A model generated the notes under the pieces. It saw only the letters and a list, made by a program, of their open reading frames with translations, searched no databases and was not told the DNA's origin. Source: Bacillota bacterium (GTDB lineage: Bacteria > Bacillota > JACPQU01). Taken from it: a stretch of 34,925 bases of DNA. Both the position numbers and the translations under genes were made by a program. Positions 31,701 to 34,925 of the stretch are shown piece by piece (position 1 is the first letter of the stretch; each line of letters starts with the position of its first letter). The stretch covers positions 1-34,925 of the forward strand of contig JACPQU010000036.1 of the NCBI GenBank assembly GCA_016190305.1, given 5' to 3'.

Positions 31701-32927
31701 GAGTTGGCCGTGAGCGAATTCCACGTCGGGTCGCAGCTGTTCACGTGGATTGTGCGGGACATCACCGAGCGCAAGCGTGCCGCGCAGGAAGGACGTCGGC
31801 ACCTGGATGAATTGGCTGAGGCTGACAGCCGAAAGGACGACTTCCTGGCGACCTTGGCCCACGAGCTGCGGAACCCCCTCACCTCCATCTACACTAGCGT
31901 GCAACTCTTGCGACGGCTCAAGGCCCCTGAACCTAAATCCGAACAGGTCTACGAGGTGCTGCAGCGGCAGGTGGCCCACCTGGCCCGGTTGGTCGAGGAT
32001 CTTTTGGATGTATCGCGCATCACACGGGGCACCATCGAGCTACGCAAGGAGCGGGTCCTGCTGGGTAACGTTATTGAGAGCGCCATCGAATTGAGTAAAT
32101 CGCCCATCGAGAGTTCAGGGCACCAGTTGAGTGTTTCCCTTCCTCCGCAACCAATTATTCTTGAGGCAGACCCTGTCCGCCTGGCGCAGGTGTTCGCCAA
32201 TCTCCTTAATAACGCCAGTAAGTTCACGGACGAGGGAGGGCAAATCTCGCTGACCGCGCGGCAGGAAACCGAAAGTGTGGTGGTATCTGTTTGCGATACC
32301 GGTGTCGGTATCCCGGAAGACCTGCTGCCCGAAATCTTCGGTATGTTCAAGCAGGGGGAAAGTCCGGTAGCTCGGACTCAAAGTGGGTTAGGAATCGGTC
32401 TGACCCTGGTACGCAGTCTCGTCGAACTCCACGGCGGTCACGTTGAAGCCCATAGCGAGGGACCTGGAAAAGGGAGCGAGTTCGTTGTCCGCCTGCCATT
32501 GGTGGAAGGAAGAGCCCGCCAGAAAGCATCGTCCAAGAATCGGCGAATCACGGTTGCTTCCAGGCACTGTGTCCTGCTCATCGACGACAACCGGGACCTC
32601 GCCAATACCTTCGGTATGCTTCTCAAGGAAACCGGGATAGAAGTCCGAGTTGTCTACGACGGTCCCACCGCACTGGAGATGCTCGAAACCTTCAAACCCA
32701 GCGTGGTATTGTTGGACATTGGTATGTCGGGCATGGATGGTTACGAAGTAGCCCGACGGATTCGAAAGCGTCCGGGATTTCAGAACGTGCCGCTCATCGC
32801 TCTAACCGGTTGGGGCACTGAGGAGGACGTGCGTCGCTCTCAGGCAGCGGGATTCAATCACCACCTGATCAAACCCGTCCTCATTGAGAACTTACTGGCT
32901 CTGCTGGATTCGTTGAGCAAGAACTAA
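28755..32927 (+). CDS. CheB methylesterase - CheR methyltransferase - PAS - coiled coil - PAS - PAS - HisKA/HATPase_c - receiver hybrid sensor kinase (1390 aa)
   Basis: GGAGG lies 6 nt before ATG 28755. CheB-like, about 28854-29403 (VVGIGASAGGL, VLSGGGFDG). CheR-like, about 29451-30204 (TSFFRE, IWVPGCSTGQEPYSLA, ISCRNLFIY). HisKA box LAHELRNPL. HATPase N/G boxes (NLLNNASKFT, DTGVGI, GLGIGL). Receiver domain (LLIDDN...LLDIGMSGMDG...LTGW...KP). Confidence 0.9.
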   Translation: MVTQKGSSDDQTNWKSPQNSKELENEFEEAALFPVVGIGASAGGLGAVKKLLEHLPSDTGLAFLFVQHLDPQQPSYLASILAKVTPMPVIEASTGLAVRPNHLYVIPPGSNLTLAQGILYVTPRGVGPGPYYTIDHLFQTLAIDQSALAIGVVLSGGGFDGTVGLRAIKEAGGITFAQDEMSAEHPDMPRNAIDNGYVDYVLAPEAIAQRLAEIRTHLHLMSESRVEVSEADDQVFRAILRMVRSFAGVDFSLYRDTTIRRRIMRRMAIRSRRSLSDYYQLLKAERTEVEALYHDSLINVTSFFREPDMGDALKTIVFPRLVEGKSSSMPLRIWVPGCSTGQEPYSLAIALLEFYDDRHGRPPVLIFATDVNESVLQKARAGVYPESIEAEVSPGRLRRFFHKEDHLYRIDQSVRDLCIFGRQNITADPPFSHLDLISCRNLFIYLATPVQKRVVPLFHYALNVPGFLVLGSAESVGEHTDLFEVIDRKYKIYAKKTTGASRILDLAVGDKQSGLAIATRWPDSTGSSPPGFQREADRILLRRFTPPGVLVNENLDIVRFHGQTSPYLGPPPGEPTMNLLKMVRTDLFTALRRALAESKEHKRPARHDGIRLRANGGKRVISVETIPITSAGAEVADRCFLVLFHEVESSHPGSLPPDQDARAQAAAAVEESVKKEGEHPAFEEGSEVAVLRQELATAKEYLQAMMEQQDAVNEELRSANEEILSSNEELQSTNEELETSKEELQSTNEELITVNERLQYINGELDKTNNDLINLLASTQIPVIMIGRDLRIRRFTESAKETFNLVSKDVGRSIRYLNEAVPMTDFEELVSKVVAEVQPLEQEVRARNDHWYVLRIYPYLTTDHKIDGAVVVLLDIDALKRTENELRAAEERLRSVMDKVVNGIITTDKGGHIQSFNPAAERLFGYSRSEAIGQNAKVLLYEFDQSEDEGVRSNNGENWQTTILGGWHEVTGKRKDGSTFPMELAVSEFHVGSQLFTWIVRDITERKRAAQEGRRHLDELAEADSRKDDFLATLAHELRNPLTSIYTSVQLLRRLKAPEPKSEQVYEVLQRQVAHLARLVEDLLDVSRITRGTIELRKERVLLGNVIESAIELSKSPIESSGHQLSVSLPPQPIILEADPVRLAQVFANLLNNASKFTDEGGQISLTARQETESVVVSVCDTGVGIPEDLLPEIFGMFKQGESPVARTQSGLGIGLTLVRSLVELHGGHVEAHSEGPGKGSEFVVRLPLVEGRARQKASSKNRRITVASRHCVLLIDDNRDLANTFGMLLKETGIEVRVVYDGPTALEMLETFKPSVVLLDIGMSGMDGYEVARRIRKRPGFQNVPLIALTGWGTEEDVRRSQAAGFNHHLIKPVLIENLLALLDSLSKN
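30912..31079 (+). repeat. Eight consecutive 21-nt (heptad) units within the kinase gene, each beginning with an Asn/Lys codon (NEEIxSS/NEELQST...)
   Basis: Read directly: AACGAGGAGATCCTCTCGAGC / AACGAAGAACTCCAGAGCACC / AACGAGGAGCTGGAAACTTCC / AAAGAAGAACTGCAGTCTACC / AACGAAGAGCTAATAACGGTG / AATGAACGACTCCAGTATATT / AACGGGGAGTTGGACAAGACC / AACAATGATTTGATCAACCTC. Confidence 0.85.
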
Positions 32928-32962
32928 AAAACCCGCCAACCCTTGCGGCTGGCGGGTTTATG
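32926..32962. terminator. Bidirectional intrinsic terminator shared by the kinase gene (+) and tRNA-Val (-)
   Basis: ACCCGCCA (32931-32938) pairs with TGGCGGGT (32950-32957). The stem is flanked by AAAAA on the left, which reads TTTTT on the minus strand, and by TTTATGCTT on the right. Confidence 0.75.
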
Positions 32963-32964
32963 CT

Positions 32965-33039
32965 TGGTGGGCGAAACAGGATTTGAACCTGTGACCCCCT
33001 GCTTGTAAGGCAGGTGCTCTCCCGCTGAGCTATTCGCCC
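32965..33039 (-). tRNA. tRNA-Val, anticodon TAC, with encoded CCA
   Basis: The reverse complement is GGGCGAATAGCTCAGCGGGAGAGCACCTGCCTTACAAGCAGGGGGTCACAGGTTCAAATCCTGTTTCGCCCACCA. It folds as a cloverleaf: 7-bp acceptor GGGCGAA/TTCGCCC, D stem GCTC/GAGC, anticodon stem CCTGC/GCAGG with loop CTTACAA, and T stem ACAGG/CCTGT with loop TTCAAAT. Confidence 0.93.
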
Positions 33040-33111
33040 AAACTATTTTAAATGGCCAAACTCTTTTTAATTATCCTGGTCAACTCGTAGCAGGTCTCAG
33101 TTGCAAACTCA

Positions 33112-33140
33112 AGTATAGCCAAGCCCATCCATAACGTCAA
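33112..33140 (-). promoter_or_regulatory. Sigma-A/sigma-70-type promoter (TTGACG - 17 nt - TATACT) about 72 nt upstream of tRNA-Val
   Basis: On the minus strand TTGACG is at 33140-33135 and TATACT at 33117-33112, with an exact 17-nt spacer. Confidence 0.55.
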
Positions 33141-33158
33141 TCAAAGCTCATCTTCAGC

Positions 33159-33491
33159 TTACTCGCTGGCAAACAACGTGAAAAAAGGCGGGAAGGTTCC
33201 CAAGAGGCCCAAGCCTACGGTGATCAACGTGGCAATGAAAGCTTTACCGAAATCAACCTGCTTGTTCTTCCAGAACATGTTCAGGACCCCCCAAACAATG
33301 ATCCATGCAACCACTGCTAAAGTGGTTTTACCGCTCAGGGGGCCGACCACCTGGTAAAAAGTCAAAAAATTCTTGATCGCTTCGCTTACCTCGGCAAGGA
33401 TCGTGATGAGTCCCAAGGCCAAGCTACCGATACCCGCAGCCAGGAGAGCTGCGGCAGCAGGCCCATTTGGAAGCGATTCCTTTTTTACCAT
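33159..33491 (-). CDS. Small hydrophobic membrane protein (110 aa, about 3 TM), no family recognised
   Basis: ATG-initiated ORF with three long hydrophobic stretches (AAALLAAGIGSLALGLITILA, TTLAVVAWIIVWGVL, FIATLITVGLGLLGTF). Same strand as, and 78 nt downstream of, the next membrane protein gene. Confidence 0.5.
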   Translation of the reverse strand: MVKKESLPNGPAAAALLAAGIGSLALGLITILAEVSEAIKNFLTFYQVVGPLSGKTTLAVVAWIIVWGVLNMFWKNKQVDFGKAFIATLITVGLGLLGTFPPFFTLFASE

Positions 33492-33569
33492 TATTAGATC
33501 CTCTCCTTGACTGGATTTTGAGGATCTTGGATTTTGACGTCAATTTTAATTTCGTATAGTTTTTTAACG

Positions 33570-34112
33570 TTAGCGCAGGGGTGCCACCTTGTTGAGAAAG
33601 GCTCCAAACAAACCTGCGACCGCTGCGGTTCCAAAGGCAATCGAGAAAATTACGATCAAGGCCCTTCGGAGTTTTGGATCATTACTGATCCTGGCACCGT
33701 ACCGAAAGACAATATATGCTACCGCTGTAGCAAGGATGGGTGCCAGCCATGCCACGTGTTCCTTCCATTCCATCCCAAACTTGTGCCAAAAAGCAGTATT
33801 GGGGTTCGCTAAGAGAAAAGACCTGGGATAGTGGAGCAAGTCGGCCCCGGCTGGAGGCTTGGCCCGGTACCATGGATAAACAATATACGTACCGGTGATT
33901 ACGGTCAGCCAAGCCATAGCGGCCATTACCCAAGTTCCTGCTCTCAGCCGGCGAAGCCGCTCATCCAAACCGGAAACCGTCAGCCACTCAGGGCGTAGAC
34001 TGTACAAACCGGCCAGACCGCCCGCAAAGGCTAAAAGAAACAAGGTGCCCACGCCTATTCCGTGAATCACCGTCCATAACTCGCGCGATGAAATCATAGG
34101 TATCCCTGCCAT
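33570..34112 (-). CDS. Membrane protein (about 175-180 aa, 4 TM) with conserved-looking His residues, no family recognised
   Basis: Four hydrophobic helices. His residues sit near helix ends (VIHGIG, EWKEHVAW). The start is ATG 34112, or ATG 34097 preceded by AGGGA. Confidence 0.55.
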   Translation of the reverse strand: MAGIPMISSRELWTVIHGIGVGTLFLLAFAGGLAGLYSLRPEWLTVSGLDERLRRLRAGTWVMAAMAWLTVITGTYIVYPWYRAKPPAGADLLHYPRSFLLANPNTAFWHKFGMEWKEHVAWLAPILATAVAYIVFRYGARISNDPKLRRALIVIFSIAFGTAAVAGLFGAFLNKVAPLR

Positions 34113-34236
34113 TAAGAGTTATTTAGCTGAGGACAATAATCTAAAAACCTAAAAATGTTCCTGTGATCGTGAAAAGAGTATGTGGGACTATGGATAAAAT
34201 TAGTCCGGTAAAAGGTGGAAAGAGGTATCCAACGGC

Positions 34237-34268
34237 GGAAAAACAGAGGCAGGCGGCGCTTCGCCGCC
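34237..34268 (-). terminator. Intrinsic terminator downstream of the carboxypeptidase gene
   Basis: The minus strand reads GGCGGCG-aag-CGCCGCC (34252-34268), followed by TGCCTCTGTTTTTCC. Confidence 0.65.
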
Positions 34269-34301
34269 CAACCCCAAAGACATCAAAACACGTCCTGCAG
34301 G

Positions 34302-34925
34302 CTATTCCGTAACCCTGCGGATCAGGCTGACGAAGAAACGGGATACCGCCCTCACCAACCTGGCCAGCAAACTCGCCCGTTCGACCGCTGCGGCCGTCAG
34401 GACCGGGCTTTTTCCGATCTCCTGGGCGTCAAGTACCAGCGAAACGGTTCCGACCTTGGCCCCCTTCTCCACCGGGGCCTCCAATGATTTGGAAGCATCG
34501 AGCTTTCTCTCAATGTCCTTGGCCTTGCCCCGGGGAATCGTCGCGACCAGGGTTTCCTCCGCGACCAGGCCGACCGTTTCTTCCTTTCCTGACCTTACCT
34601 GCACCTCGCCCAGGTCGTCACCCTTGGACAGAACCTTGACCGTCTCGAAGTTGCGGAAGCCGTAATTGAGGAGCTTGGTGGCTTCGGCCTCCCTCACCGC
34701 GGCGCTTTCGGCCTTGAGGATCACGGCGACCAGGCGCATCCCCTCCCGCCCGGCGGAGGCCACCAGGGAGTAGCCGGCCTGGCTGGTCATCCCCGTCTTG
34801 ACCCCATCGGCCCCGGGATAGGCGGCGAGAAGACCGTTGCGGTTGGGCTGGGTGATCTTGTTGAACGTCATCTCCCGCATCGCGTGCAGTTCGACGAAAA
34901 GGGGGAACGTGCGATCCGCGTAGGC
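34302..34925 (-). CDS. D-alanyl-D-alanine carboxypeptidase (PBP5/DacF-like), 3' part; the 5' end lies outside the window
   Basis: The frame is open to the window edge (AYADRTFPLFVELHAMREMTFNKITQPNRNGLL). It carries the KTG motif in GADGVKTGMTSQAGYSLV, then the PBP5 C-terminal beta-domain pattern and an amphipathic tail. Confidence 0.85.
   Translation of the reverse strand, partial: AYADRTFPLFVELHAMREMTFNKITQPNRNGLLAAYPGADGVKTGMTSQAGYSLVASAGREGMRLVAVILKAESAAVREAEATKLLNYGFRNFETVKVLSKGDDLGEVQVRSGKEETVGLVAEETLVATIPRGKAKDIERKLDASKSLEAPVEKGAKVGTVSLVLDAQEIGKSPVLTAAAVERASLLARLVRAVSRFFVSLIRRVTE

Noticed and set aside
25353-32964. A tRNA-Val-associated integrated genomic island or prophage
   Set aside because: No integrase, recombinase, transposase or phage genes are present. 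I could not find a direct repeat of the tRNA 3' end. The lower G+C also continues on the other side of the tRNA. It is kept only as a compositional observation.

Overview
The window looks like a high-G+C Gram-positive-type chromosome: GGAGG-type Shine-Dalgarno sites, frequent GTG/TTG starts, a DacF-like carboxypeptidase and an amidase with a Cu_amine_oxidN1-type domain. The taxon is an inference. About 24.5 kb (834-25352, minus strand) is one tightly packed, same-strand cobalamin (anaerobic/early cobalt insertion) biosynthesis array that starts with a clear cobalamin riboswitch and an intrinsic terminator. In transcription order it reads: riboswitch, unknown 4-TM His-motif protein, cbtB-like, unknown ORF, LonB-type AAA+ ATPase with no protease domain, cobT, cbiX, hemA, cbiD, cbiE-cbiT-cbiL fusion, cbiF-cbiG fusion, cbiH-cbiC fusion, cobU, cobQ, cbiB, cbiA, cobS, pduX-like kinase, cobD, cobC. 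Many junctions are 4-11 nt stop/start overlaps. Nearly every enzyme carries Gly/Pro/Ser/Glu-rich low-complexity inserts or tails. The best candidate for an undescribed system is the riboswitch-proximal four-gene module (21152-25041). Only the small CbtB-like protein in it is recognisable as cobalt-related, no canonical CbtA or CbiMNQO is present, and it includes a membrane-anchored Lon-type ATPase without a protease. The rest of the window (25.3-34.3 kb, visibly lower G+C) holds a zinc-ribbon membrane protein, RidA, an orphan membrane-anchored protein, a cell-wall amidase, a 1390-aa CheB-CheR-PAS-histidine kinase-receiver hybrid, tRNA-Val(TAC) with a bidirectional terminator, two small membrane proteins and the 3' part of a D-Ala-D-Ala carboxypeptidase gene. 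The left end carries a decaying DUF2442/DUF4160 two-gene cassette. No transposase, integrase or CRISPR array was seen. Many long plus-strand ORFs in the track are antisense artefacts of the high G+C content.
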